In this document: positions 39,649 through 49,607 of the stretch, piece by piece
Numbering within the stretch: position 1 is the stretch's first letter
Layout: every line of letters starts with the position of its first letter
Assembly (NCBI GenBank): GCA_017520505.1
Contig: JAFXFN010000006.1
Span: 172,443 to 236,442 of the forward strand
Origin: Clostridia bacterium
Lineage (GTDB): Bacteria; Bacillota; Clostridia; Oscillospirales; CAG-272
Length of the DNA stretch: 64,000 nt
Reading direction: 5' to 3'
Program-made: the position numbers and the translations under genes
Notes under the pieces: generated by a model
Told to the model about the DNA's origin: nothing
What the model saw: only the letters and a program-made list of their open reading frames with translations
The model's database searches: none

Positions 39649-40702
39649 TAAGCTTAAAGAAGCGGAAGAAAAATATATTGCAATAGAAAAAGACCTCTCC
39701 GACAGCGAGATAATTGCAGACCAGACGAAATACACCGCCTTGATGAAGGAATACAAGCGTTTATCGCCAATCATTGAAAAATACCGTGAGTATAAAAATT
39801 TTGTCAAAATGCAAAAGGATGCCGAGGAGCTTTTGTCCGACAAGCCCGACGAGGAAATGAAAGCGTTGGCGCAAGAGGAGCTGGCAGAAGCAAAGGAAGG
39901 CATTGAAAAATGCACGAATGAGCTTAAAATACTGCTTTTACCGAGAGATGAAAACGACGATAAAAACGTCGTTATAGAAATCCGTGCAGGGGCAGGCGGT
40001 GACGAAGCGGCACTCTTTTCATACGTTTTGTACAGAATGTACACGATGTACGCCGAATCCGTAGGCTGGAAAACGGAGCTTTTGAGTGTAAACGAAACGG
40101 GGCTCGGCGGTTTTAAGGAGGTATCGTTCACCGTTATGGGTGACGGCGCATACTCAAAGCTGAAATTTGAGTCGGGCGTTCACCGTGTTCAGCGTGTACC
40201 CGAAACAGAGGCTCAGGGCAGAATTCACACCTCGACCGTTACGGTCGCCGTGCTCCCCGAAGCCGAAGACGTTGAAGTTGAAATAAACCCCGCAGACATA
40301 AAATTTGAAACGTGTAAGAGCAGCGGCGCAGGCGGTCAGCACATAAACAAAACCGAATCCGCAATAAGGCTTTACCATAAGCCCACGGGCATCGTCATAG
40401 AATGTCAGGACGAGCGAAGCCAGTTCAAAAACAAGGACAAAGCGATGAAGCTTTTGCGTGCGAAGCTTTACGATATGAAAACACAGGAACAGCACGACAA
40501 AATTGCAAACGAAAGGAAAAGTCAGGTCGGCACAGGCGACAGAAGCGAGCGCATAAGAACGTATAACTATCCGCAGGGACGTGTTACCGATCACAGAGTC
40601 GGATATACCTCATATACACTTGAAAGCTTCTTGAACGGAAACATTTCCGAGATGATTGATTACATCATCAACGTCGATACAGCCGAAAAGCTTAAATCAT
40701 AA
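39641..40702 (+). CDS. prfA: Peptide chain release factor 1
   Basis: GAGGDEA, VQRVPET (PxT), GAGGQH and RIRTYNYPQ motifs. Confidence 0.97.
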   Translation: MLDKLKEAEEKYIAIEKDLSDSEIIADQTKYTALMKEYKRLSPIIEKYREYKNFVKMQKDAEELLSDKPDEEMKALAQEELAEAKEGIEKCTNELKILLLPRDENDDKNVVIEIRAGAGGDEAALFSYVLYRMYTMYAESVGWKTELLSVNETGLGGFKEVSFTVMGDGAYSKLKFESGVHRVQRVPETEAQGRIHTSTVTVAVLPEAEDVEVEINPADIKFETCKSSGAGGQHINKTESAIRLYHKPTGIVIECQDERSQFKNKDKAMKLLRAKLYDMKTQEQHDKIANERKSQVGTGDRSERIRTYNYPQGRVTDHRVGYTSYTLESFLNGNISEMIDYIINVDTAEKLKS

Positions 40703-41733
40703 TGAACACCATAATCACGAAGCTTGATCCTGAAAATATAGATACCGCCGTAATTGAAAAGGCGGCTGAAATCATCGGTATGGGCGGTCTTGTGGCATTT
40801 CCTACGGAAACCGTTTACGGTCTCGGGGCTGATGCCGAGCGTGCCGACGTTGCCGAGAAAATATATAAAGCAAAGGGACGTCCGTCTGACAATCCTTTGA
40901 TAATACACATTGCAAAAGCCGAGGATGCGGAGAAATACGCATATACAAACGAGCTTTATTATAAGCTGACAAACGCTTTTTCCCCGGGGCCTCTTACGGT
41001 AATTCTGCCAAAGAAGGACACCGTGCCCGACACGGTCACGGGTGGGCTTGATACGGTAGCAATAAGAATACCGTCGAATAAGATCGCACGTGCGCTTATA
41101 GAGCGTGCAGGCGTTGCCATCGCCGCACCGTCGGCAAACACCTCGGGAAAGCCTTCACCGACGGAGGCATCGCACGTAATTGAGGACCTTTCGGGCAAAG
41201 CTGATATGATAATTGACGGCGGAGCATCTGAAATAGGGCTTGAATCGACCGTTGTGAAGGTCGATGAAAGCAGTATTCTGCTTTTACGTCCCGGTGCGGT
41301 AGACGTTGAAATGCTCAGGGCTGTATGCGAAAACGTGACGGTATCCTCTGCAATACTTGAAAAGCTTAAAGCAGGGCAAAAGGCTGAATCTCCGGGAATG
41401 ATGTATAAGCACTACGCTCCCGACATTCCCGTTTATCTCGTTGAGGGGGATGAAAGCAAGGTCGTTGAGTTTTTCAGACAAAAGCTTGAAAATAACCCCA
41501 AAACGGGAATTTTATGCTACATAGACAGCCGTGACACGGTATTCGGCGAAAACGTAAAATATCTTGACCGTTCGCCCATAAAGCAAGCAAACGTGTTGTT
41601 TGCTTATCTGCGTGATTACAACAGCTCAACGGCGTCAGAGGTCTACTCTGTCATTCCCGACTCCGACGGTGTCGGACTTGCCGTACTCAACAGACTTATG
41701 CGTGCGGCGGGATTTCAGATAATAAAGGTGTAA
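40702..41733 (+). CDS. sua5: Threonylcarbamoyl-AMP synthase (Sua5/TsaC)
   Basis: FPTETVYGLG, KGRPSDNPLI, APSAN, GLESTV and SPGM.YKHYAP motifs. Confidence 0.95.
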   Translation: MNTIITKLDPENIDTAVIEKAAEIIGMGGLVAFPTETVYGLGADAERADVAEKIYKAKGRPSDNPLIIHIAKAEDAEKYAYTNELYYKLTNAFSPGPLTVILPKKDTVPDTVTGGLDTVAIRIPSNKIARALIERAGVAIAAPSANTSGKPSPTEASHVIEDLSGKADMIIDGGASEIGLESTVVKVDESSILLLRPGAVDVEMLRAVCENVTVSSAILEKLKAGQKAESPGMMYKHYAPDIPVYLVEGDESKVVEFFRQKLENNPKTGILCYIDSRDTVFGENVKYLDRSPIKQANVLFAYLRDYNSSTASEVYSVIPDSDGVGLAVLNRLMRAAGFQIIKV

Positions 41734-41734
41734 T

Positions 41735-42340
41735 ATGAAGATAATAGGCATCACAGGTCAAAGCGGTGCGGGCAAAAGCACCGTGTGCAAGATTTTCGAA
41801 AAATACGGAATTCCCTGCGTAAATACAGACGAAATATACCACTCGATGCTTTGCAAAAATTCGTCGCTTGTATGTGAGCTTGTACGGGAATTCGGTATTG
41901 AAATAACGGATTGGCAAGGCGGAATACACCGTCCTGCGCTTGCTAAAATCGTTTTTTCGTCAAAGGAAAAGCTTAACAGATTAAACAAAATCGCTCACTT
42001 TCACATTCTGAACAGCTCACGTGAAATGATAAGCGAATACGAAAGCAAGGGCTGTGACACGGTCATGGTCGATGCATCTCAGCTTTTTGAAAGCGGATTT
42101 GACAAGGAATGTGACGTAACTATTGCCGTTGTGGGCGAATACGAAACGCTTATCAAAAGAATAACGGAGCGTGACGGAATCAGCCGACAGGAGGCTGAAA
42201 AAAGGCTTGTCAATCAGTATTCGAAGGAATATTTCAAAGAAAAATGCACTTATGTCATTGAAAACTCTTCTGATATAAATGCGCTTGAAGCATCTGTAAA
42301 AAATATCGTTGATGTTATAAAAGGAGAAACAAATGGCTGA
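41735..42340 (+). CDS. coaE: Dephospho-CoA kinase
   Basis: GITGQSGAGKST, R..LAKIVF, LFESG and RITERDG motifs. Confidence 0.9.
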   Translation: MKIIGITGQSGAGKSTVCKIFEKYGIPCVNTDEIYHSMLCKNSSLVCELVREFGIEITDWQGGIHRPALAKIVFSSKEKLNRLNKIAHFHILNSSREMISEYESKGCDTVMVDASQLFESGFDKECDVTIAVVGEYETLIKRITERDGISRQEAEKRLVNQYSKEYFKEKCTYVIENSSDINALEASVKNIVDVIKGETNG

Positions 42341-42908
42341 TGCTGTAAAAAGAAGCGTTATTGCTATACTTCTTATAGTTGCATCTGTTTTGCTCGGATA
42401 TACCGTAGACATCGCACTTGACAAACGTGAAAAAGCAAATTACCCGACGAAATACAGCGAATACGTTGAAAAATATTCCGAAATGTACGGTGTACCGAGT
42501 GACGTCGTATATGCCGTGATAAAAACAGAAAGCGACTTCAACCCTGATGCAAAGTCCGACAAGGGTGCTTTCGGTCTTATGCAGCTTATGCCCGCCACCT
42601 TTGAATGGGCGTGCGGAAAAACGGGAATACCTTATAACAAGGACAAGATAACCGATCCTGAAATGAACATTCAGTGCGGTGTTTATTACCTTTCGTACTG
42701 TTACGATCAATTCTTGATCTGGGACACCGTATATGCGGCGTATAATGCAGGTCACGGACAGGTGAAAAAATGGCTTTCCGATGAAACACTTTCCAAAAAC
42801 GGCAGACTTACGGATATACCGTTTGCCGAAACGAAAGCATACGTCAGCCGTGTATCACAGGCGAGAGAAAAGTATATAAAGCTTATGGAGGTAGATACAA
42901 ATGAGTGA
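42333..42908 (+). CDS. Lytic transglycosylase (SLT/GH23)
   Basis: KTESDF, GLMQLMP, AAYNAG and ETKAYV motifs. Confidence 0.93.
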   Translation: MADAVKRSVIAILLIVASVLLGYTVDIALDKREKANYPTKYSEYVEKYSEMYGVPSDVVYAVIKTESDFNPDAKSDKGAFGLMQLMPATFEWACGKTGIPYNKDKITDPEMNIQCGVYYLSYCYDQFLIWDTVYAAYNAGHGQVKKWLSDETLSKNGRLTDIPFAETKAYVSRVSQAREKYIKLMEVDTNE

Positions 42909-44298
42909 AAAAACAAAAGGCCAGCTTTTATCAGAAAAGCTGACGTACAAAAAATTGACTGCTTATGAAAAATATCCGAACGAAGCAGATGCGGCTTACG
43001 CCTACTGCGAGGGCTACAAAAGCTTTCTCAATACAGGCAAGACGGCACGTGAAGCGTCTGACGAAGCCGTAAGACTTGCAAAGCTTAACGGATTTGAGGA
43101 ATTCACTTTCGGCAAGGCTGTCAAGGCAGGAGAAAAATATTACTATATCAACAGAAACAGAAGCGTATTTCTGTTCGTGATAGGCTCAGAGGACATCGAA
43201 AACGGCATACGCATCTGCGCATCGCACATCGATTCCCCCGCAATAGATATACGTGCTGTTCCCCTTTATGAAAACGGAGGAATGGCGTTTTTCAGAACGC
43301 ACTACTACGGCGGTATCAAAAAATATCAGTGGACGGCAATACCGCTTTCACTTCACGGCATCATCACAAAGAAAGACGGCGAGACTGTAAATATCTGTGT
43401 GGGTGAGGACGAAAGCGATCCCATTTTCTATATAAATGATCTTCTTCCCCACTTGGCAAAGGAACAGTATACGAAGCTTTTGCACGAGGGTATTGACGGG
43501 GAAACTCTCAACATTCTTCTCGGCTCTGTTCCCTATCCCGACGATGCGGTAAGTGAAAAAATAAAGCTCAACGTTCTGTCTATTCTCTACGAAAAGTACG
43601 GAATTACAGAGGAAGATTTTATATCTGCAGAGCTTCAGATAGTTCCCGCACTTAAAGCACGTGACGTCGGCTTTGACAGAAGCCTTATCGCTTCCTACGG
43701 CCACGATGACAGAGTATGCGCATATCCCTCGTTGACGGCTATGTTTGAAGTAAACGCTCCCGTTCATACGCTTATGGCGGTGCTTGCGGATAAAGAGGAA
43801 ACAGGCTCAAACGGCGCTACCGGTATGAAAGGCGCTTTGCTTGATGACATCATCACGGACATCTGCGTAACGCTCGGCAAAAACGAGCGCACGGTACGTG
43901 CAAATTCAATGTGTCTTTCCGCTGACGTTTGCGCTGCATACGATCCCAATTTTGCAAACGCTTATGAAAAGAACAACTCCGCAATCGTCGGCTGCGGTGT
44001 AGGTCTTTGTAAGTACACGGGCGCAAGAGGAAAATCCGACACAAACGATGCAACGGGCGAATATACGGCGAAGATCGCACGTATTTTCAACGAAGCTGAC
44101 GTCGTATGGCAAATGTGTGAAATGGGCAAGGTCGATTTCGGCGGCGGCGGTACTGTCGCAAAGTATATTGCCGAAAGAAACATCGACACGATCGACGCAG
44201 GCGTTCCCGTCATCTCAATGCACGCACCGTATGAGGTAGTTTCAAAAGCAGACGTTTATAATATGCACAAGGCAACAAAGGCATTTTACGAAAAATAA
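42901..44298 (+). CDS. M18 family aminopeptidase
   Basis: SHIDSP, YYGGIKKYQW, GHDDR, DKEETGS and SMHAP motifs. Confidence 0.93.
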   Translation: MSEKTKGQLLSEKLTYKKLTAYEKYPNEADAAYAYCEGYKSFLNTGKTAREASDEAVRLAKLNGFEEFTFGKAVKAGEKYYYINRNRSVFLFVIGSEDIENGIRICASHIDSPAIDIRAVPLYENGGMAFFRTHYYGGIKKYQWTAIPLSLHGIITKKDGETVNICVGEDESDPIFYINDLLPHLAKEQYTKLLHEGIDGETLNILLGSVPYPDDAVSEKIKLNVLSILYEKYGITEEDFISAELQIVPALKARDVGFDRSLIASYGHDDRVCAYPSLTAMFEVNAPVHTLMAVLADKEETGSNGATGMKGALLDDIITDICVTLGKNERTVRANSMCLSADVCAAYDPNFANAYEKNNSAIVGCGVGLCKYTGARGKSDTNDATGEYTAKIARIFNEADVVWQMCEMGKVDFGGGGTVAKYIAERNIDTIDAGVPVISMHAPYEVVSKADVYNMHKATKAFYEK

Positions 44299-44307
44299 AA
44301 ATATAAC

Positions 44308-44340
44308 ACAAAAATCGGTGGAAATTCCACCGATTTTTGT
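44308..44340. terminator. Bidirectional terminator
   Basis: ACAAAAATCGGTGGAA-A-TTCCACCGATTTTTGT. Confidence 0.82.
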
Positions 44341-44347
44341 AGTTTTA

Positions 44348-45664
44348 TCAAGCATTTAAAAATCTGCGTTTACCAAGCATAATACAGAGTCCTGCAGCTG
44401 ACAAAAGCAAGCATACCGTAACACCGATTGCACTATCGCCCGTTTCGGGATTTTTCGCATTATCATCCAAAGCCCAACGTATAAAAATATCAGCATCATC
44501 GCCGCCGCAAATACGCCAGCCATCTTCGGTATATTCGCATTTTATGTTCAATTCTTTATCTACACCCGGAGACACTTCAGCAGAAAAAATTACTATATTC
44601 GGCCCAACGCCTATAACACAATTTTCCAATGGAGCGGCGCTGAAAAAGGGGCCGTTATGTAACACCCTGTATGAAATTTCCTCGGCAGCGTATACCAAAC
44701 CGTCAAGCTCAATAAGTCCGTGCTTTAATACAATATTATTTTCAACAAAATCATCTGTAAGAAACGTTTTTAGATAATCTTTCCAATATGAAAGCTTGCC
44801 GTAATCACCGTCAAGTAATTTGTAATTAATGATTTGCCCGTCTGCTTGCTGATAACCGAGTCTCTTTTCGTCAAGACGTTTTATGAGTTCTTTGTCAGTT
44901 ACTATCTTGCCCGGAAGATTTTCGAGAAATATATCACCATCAATATCGGTTATGATCTGTTTGAAATTGTACAGTTTACTTACAAGTGCTTGCGCTTCAT
45001 TATCAGACATTCCCAAAGAGGTGGGTAGAACTCCGAAATATCCGTTCGTTCCGGTACCGCCCGATATGCGCCACCCTGCTTCCGTATACTTGAATTCGAA
45101 CTTTATTTTAGTCTTACCGAACTGAAACGGCAGCTCGTAAAGACAAGTAAGCTGTGCTGTATCACCGTTTACGGTGAGGTTCTTATCTTCAAAATCATCA
45201 AACGACTCCTCACTTATATGATTTTGACCTACAACACCGCATCTTTCGTAAACCTTACCGTCATAATATGCTATGCCCTCGTCAAATATCTTTCCGAAAT
45301 TTTCATCCACGTATTCATCAGTTAAAATTTTCGTAAGTTTATTGCGCCAATATTCGGGGGAGCTGTATTCTCCGATCGCATTGCGCACATGCCCTTCGAC
45401 CATATGTTCTTCCCACTCATAGTCAGGCTCGATCGAACGAAGCAAAGCCAACGCAGTGTCCATCGGGGGATTACTTACATTTCCGTCTTTATCGATATAA
45501 AACTCACCGACATTTCCACAAGAAAATATTCGCCCGTATTCGGCAAGAGATTCAACAAGGGACTTTGCATCATCCATTGTAAATTCGGCAGCAGCCGATG
45601 GAAAAAGCGCAAGCGAAGATGCAAGCACCGCAAAACAAATAATAACTGACAATAACTTTTTCAT
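44348..45664 (-). CDS. Surface protein with two tandem IseA-like domains and an NPETG sortase-type anchor
   Basis: Signal peptide; internal ~190 aa duplication (YW..L...LTD..V..N..G....DG.VY; YTE.GWRI.GG); C-terminal NPETGD + TM + KRR. Confidence 0.7.
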   Translation of the reverse strand: MKKLLSVIICFAVLASSLALFPSAAAEFTMDDAKSLVESLAEYGRIFSCGNVGEFYIDKDGNVSNPPMDTALALLRSIEPDYEWEEHMVEGHVRNAIGEYSSPEYWRNKLTKILTDEYVDENFGKIFDEGIAYYDGKVYERCGVVGQNHISEESFDDFEDKNLTVNGDTAQLTCLYELPFQFGKTKIKFEFKYTEAGWRISGGTGTNGYFGVLPTSLGMSDNEAQALVSKLYNFKQIITDIDGDIFLENLPGKIVTDKELIKRLDEKRLGYQQADGQIINYKLLDGDYGKLSYWKDYLKTFLTDDFVENNIVLKHGLIELDGLVYAAEEISYRVLHNGPFFSAAPLENCVIGVGPNIVIFSAEVSPGVDKELNIKCEYTEDGWRICGGDDADIFIRWALDDNAKNPETGDSAIGVTVCLLLSAAGLCIMLGKRRFLNA

Positions 45665-45780
45665 AATGATCTTCCTTTCTTTATATGTTTTGTTCTTCCG
45701 GTTTTATACAAGCTTTCGTTGATCTCTTATCTTTAATTTGATTATACCATAAAACAAATTGACTGTCAATAAATCCCTCA

Positions 45781-45967
45781 TTGTGATATTAGACAAAATT
45801 TCACATTTTTTGTACAATATGACAACCCCTTTTATTTTTTATTACGGCGCAAACAGTTAAACATCGTATCTTTTTTTACCCTCTTTGGCATCTTTTGAAA
45901 ACAATTTTAGAAGTATAAGAAAATTTTGTATTTTTATATTTACATTTTCGTTATTTTGTTGTATAAT
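45781..45967 (+). promoter_or_regulatory. pduL operon promoter and two upstream TTGT-N8-ACAA palindromes
   Basis: TTTACA(45939)-17-TATAAT(45962); palindromes at 45781-45796 and 45810-45825. Confidence 0.55.
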
Positions 45968-46003
45968 ACTCAGAGTTAATAAATAAATTAAGGAGATAGA
46001 TCA

Positions 46004-46576
46004 ATGGCAAACAAAATTTTAGTTGAAACATCTGCACGCCACGTTCATCTTACAAGAGAACACGTTGAGATCCTTTTCGGTAAGGGTGCAACACTTACAC
46101 ACAAGAAGGACTTGAGCCAGCCCGGCCAGTTCGCTTGCGAAGAAAGAGTAACTGTTTCAGGCCCCAAGAAGGATATTCCCAACGTAATCATCCTCGGTCC
46201 TGAAAGACCTGCTTCCCAGGTTGAAATTTCATTCACAGACGCTCGTACACTCGGCGTTACAGCTCCCGTTAAGGAAAGCGGCGACGTTGCAGGTACACCC
46301 GGTGTTAAGCTTGTAGGCCCCTGCGGCGAGGTTGAGCTTAACGAAGGCGTTATCATCGCAAAGCGTCACATCCATATGACACCCGAAGACGCTGCGGCTC
46401 TCGGTGTTGAGGACAAGCAGATCGTAAGCGTTAAGGTTGATTCCGAGCGTACAACGATATTCGGTGATACAGTTGTTCGTGTAAGCCCCAAGTTTGCACT
46501 TGCAATGCACATCGACACAGATGAATCAAATGCTGCATGCGCTTTCGGCACATGCTACGGTGAGATCGTAAAATAA
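46004..46576 (+). CDS. pduL: PduL-type phosphotransacylase without encapsulation peptide
   Basis: SARHVHL, LSQPGQFA, QVEISFTDA, AKRHIHM and HIDTDESNA motifs. Confidence 0.93.
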   Translation: MANKILVETSARHVHLTREHVEILFGKGATLTHKKDLSQPGQFACEERVTVSGPKKDIPNVIILGPERPASQVEISFTDARTLGVTAPVKESGDVAGTPGVKLVGPCGEVELNEGVIIAKRHIHMTPEDAAALGVEDKQIVSVKVDSERTTIFGDTVVRVSPKFALAMHIDTDESNAACAFGTCYGEIVK

Positions 46577-46600
46577 TCATCTTAAAAGGAGATATATAAA

Positions 46601-47302
46601 ATGGCTGAATTACAGTATTCAAATGAAGTACAGCATATGTGTAAGGTCGCTAAAGGCCCCCACCACGGTCCCGCTCCCATTCCCGAAGAAGGCAAATGGG
46701 TAAAGGTTTATGAGATCAAGGATATTTCCGGTCTTTCCCACGGTATCGGCTGGTGCGCTCCTCAGCAGGGTACATGTAAGCTTACACTTAACGTAAAAGA
46801 AGGTATCATTGAGGAAGCTCTCGTTGAAACACTCGGTTGCTCAGGTATGACACACTCTGCGGCTATGGCTGCTGAAATTCTCCAGGGCAAGACACTTCTC
46901 GAGGCTCTTAATACTGACCTTGTTTGTGATGCTATCAACGTTGCTATGCGTGAGATCTTCAAGCAGCTCGTTTACGGTAGATCACAGACAGCTTTCTCCG
47001 AAAACGGTCTTCCCGTCGGTGCTTCTCTTGAAGACCTCGGCAAGGGACTTCGTTCACAGGTTGGTACGATCTTCGCTACAAAGGAAAAGGGCGTACGTTA
47101 CCTCGAAATGGCAGAAGGTTATATACTTTCCCTCGCACTTGACGCAAACGACGAGGTTTGCGGATACAAGTTCGTTCACCTCGGCAAGATGATGGAAGCT
47201 ATATCCAACGGTACAGATGCCGCTGAAGCTTATGAAAAGAACATTAAGACTTACGGCAGATACGACGGTGCGGCTAAATACATCAACCCCAGAAAGCAGT
47301 AA
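46601..47302 (+). CDS. NifU/IscU-like Cys-containing protein (GGGtGRT partner)
   Basis: GWCAPQQGTCKL, GCSGMTHSAAMA and LVCDAIN motifs. Confidence 0.82.
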   Translation: MAELQYSNEVQHMCKVAKGPHHGPAPIPEEGKWVKVYEIKDISGLSHGIGWCAPQQGTCKLTLNVKEGIIEEALVETLGCSGMTHSAAMAAEILQGKTLLEALNTDLVCDAINVAMREIFKQLVYGRSQTAFSENGLPVGASLEDLGKGLRSQVGTIFATKEKGVRYLEMAEGYILSLALDANDEVCGYKFVHLGKMMEAISNGTDAAEAYEKNIKTYGRYDGAAKYINPRKQ

Positions 47303-47316
47303 TGGAGGGCAGACAA

Positions 47317-48315
47317 ATGATAAGATTTGAAGGATATGAAAGAAGAATCGCCGGAATCGAAGCTTGCATGGCTGAATACGGCATTAAGGATCTTGAAGAA
47401 GCAAGAGACATCTGCCTTGCAAAGGGTATCAACGTTGAAGATATCGTTAAAGGCGTTCAGCCCATCGCATTTGAAAACGCTGTTTGGGCTTATACACTCG
47501 GTTGCGCTGTTGCAATCAAAAAGGGAGTAAAAAATGCTGCTGATGCTGCTGAAGCTATCGGTATCGGTCTTCAGGCATTCTGTATCCCCGGCTCTGTTGC
47601 CGCTAACCGTAAGGTTGGTCTCGGCCACGGTAACCTCGGCGCAATGCTTCTGCGCGAAGAAACAAAGTGCTTCTGCTTCTTGGCAGGCCACGAATCATTT
47701 GCGGCTGCTGAAGGTGCTATCGGTATCGCAAGAAGCGCAAACAAGGTAAGAAAAGAACCCCTCCAGGTTATTCTTAACGGTCTTGGCAAGGATGCCGCTT
47801 ATATCATCTCCAGAATCAACGGCTTCACATACGTTGAAACTGATTATGATTTCTACTCTGATGAGCTTACGGTTAAGCGCACTATCGCTTATTCCGACGG
47901 CGAACGCTCCAAGGTAAGATGCTACGGCGCTAACGACGTTCTCGAAGGCGTTGCAATCATGAAGAAGGAAGCTGTTGACGTTTCCATCACAGGTAACTCA
48001 ACTAACCCCACAAGATTCCAGCACCTCGTTGCAGGCACATACAAGAAGTGGGCTATTGAAAACGGTAAGAAGTACTTCTCCGTTGCATCAGGCGGCGGTA
48101 CAGGCAGAACACTTCACCCCGATAACATGGCTGCAGGCCCTGCTTCCTACGGTCTTACAGACTCTATGGGACGTATGCACGGCGATGCGCAGTTCGCAGG
48201 TTCTTCCTCCGTTCCCGCACACGTTGAAATGATGGGTCTCATCGGCGCAGGTAACAACCCCATGGTTGGTATGACAGTTGCTTGTGCTGTTGCTATCGAA
48301 GAAGCAAGCAAATAA
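47317..48315 (+). CDS. GGGtGRT family protein, function unknown
   Basis: Literal SGGGTGRTLHPDN motif; GGAGG RBS supports ATG 47317. Confidence 0.92.
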   Translation: MIRFEGYERRIAGIEACMAEYGIKDLEEARDICLAKGINVEDIVKGVQPIAFENAVWAYTLGCAVAIKKGVKNAADAAEAIGIGLQAFCIPGSVAANRKVGLGHGNLGAMLLREETKCFCFLAGHESFAAAEGAIGIARSANKVRKEPLQVILNGLGKDAAYIISRINGFTYVETDYDFYSDELTVKRTIAYSDGERSKVRCYGANDVLEGVAIMKKEAVDVSITGNSTNPTRFQHLVAGTYKKWAIENGKKYFSVASGGGTGRTLHPDNMAAGPASYGLTDSMGRMHGDAQFAGSSSVPAHVEMMGLIGAGNNPMVGMTVACAVAIEEASK

Positions 48316-48418
48316 TTGAATAAAAAAGTAAACATTTGCAAGAACTTTGAGTATCATTGAAAAAAGCTTTCATGAAAGCTCAAAGCAGATTCAGATCGAC
48401 TTTTTAACAACATTCGAT

Positions 48419-48478
48419 AAAAAAAGAGTTAGACACATCGTTTTGAGCAATATTCAATGATGTGTCTAACTTTTTTTG
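48419..48478 (+). terminator. Long hairpin terminator of the pduL operon
   Basis: AAAAAGAGTTAGACACATCGTT...AATGATGTGTCTAACTTTTTTT. Confidence 0.72.
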
Positions 48479-48515
48479 CAAATGAAGAAATTTAAAATAA
48501 TAAGGTTAAGAGGAC

Positions 48516-49571
48516 TTGATTCTAATGATAACATCCATCGATTCCAATAATCTTCCGCAAGCGGTAGATTACCTTAATTCCAGAATATTCAAGTTTTTTC
48601 AATTAAAAAGGGCTTATAAAATCGCCATACCGATTTGGGCAACATTATATTTTTTCTTTTTCTGTATATTTACATACGGAGCTGTAGAGCTTTTTATATT
48701 TCAAGGACATGCAAAAATCGAATTTCCTGTTCTTTCAAATATTTGGCATTGGTTTTATGATTCAATTCTGCCTATTGTCGATTTAGGTATATGGTATTTT
48801 TTTGCCGTATTAGTCATTATCCACGTTTGTGTTTTGCCTTTAATCGTAGGTTTGAGCGTTAAATTAGCTGTATCTAAAACATACAGTCCCGATATTTCCG
48901 AACTGACACTTGATATAAACGACAAATATCTCCCTGATAAACTCTCACACAACGCACGGAAATTTGAATACGCTAAATATGTTCTTAACACTTCGAAATT
49001 ATGTATTCCATTTGATATTGTTTATGTTATTGGAATAATCGCAAACTATCTTTATATGAATTGGAACGAATTATCGATAGAAGTCTCGACTTCGATTTCT
49101 ACATTTATCACAAAAATTCTATTGACTATTCTCATTCTTGCAGTTGCCTTTTTCGCATTTTGGGGTTTGATGGCGTTATCTTGCCTGATATGCAAAGCAC
49201 CCGTTTCCATTAAGACAAACACAAACTTCGTTGCGGCTTGTTGCAGTTATTCGTTAGAACTCGAGAGGGTAGAGAGATGCCGCTATGCATCAAGTGAATT
49301 TGATATAGCAAAATACAGAAAGCATATGGGAATATCTCCAGAAAAAAGGGCATATCCCAATAACCCCATTAGAAATACCATTCCCAATCAAACAAATTTC
49401 AACAATAGCAGCGTTACAACAACACCTTATGTTTCTATCGAAGAAAAAATTGCCGCCGAAAATGCGTACTTTTCAGGCGAATTGAGTGCAGAAGAGCTTA
49501 ATAAAACCATATCATCGTATTGGGAAAATCATACCATAGACGAGCATTGGCCTGATGTCGGCGATGGTTAA
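48516..49571 (+). CDS. Hypothetical AT-rich 4-TM membrane protein with polar C-terminal tail
   Basis: 351 aa ORF, four hydrophobic segments, low GC, own terminator at 49574-49608. Confidence 0.7.
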   Translation: MILMITSIDSNNLPQAVDYLNSRIFKFFQLKRAYKIAIPIWATLYFFFFCIFTYGAVELFIFQGHAKIEFPVLSNIWHWFYDSILPIVDLGIWYFFAVLVIIHVCVLPLIVGLSVKLAVSKTYSPDISELTLDINDKYLPDKLSHNARKFEYAKYVLNTSKLCIPFDIVYVIGIIANYLYMNWNELSIEVSTSISTFITKILLTILILAVAFFAFWGLMALSCLICKAPVSIKTNTNFVAACCSYSLELERVERCRYASSEFDIAKYRKHMGISPEKRAYPNNPIRNTIPNQTNFNNSSVTTTPYVSIEEKIAAENAYFSGELSAEELNKTISSYWENHTIDEHWPDVGDG

Positions 49572-49607
49572 TTACAAAAGAGCTTTGGATTTTCCAAGGC
49601 TCTTTTG

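Noticed and set aside
46004-46576. Bacterial microcompartment (pdu/eut) locus
   Set aside because: No shell proteins or signature enzymes in the window; PduL lacks an encapsulation peptide.
48419-48478. Integron attC site (GTTAGAC/GTCTAAC boxes)
   Set aside because: Box order is the reverse of attC (RYYYAAC...GTTRRRY) and there is no integrase; a terminator explains it.
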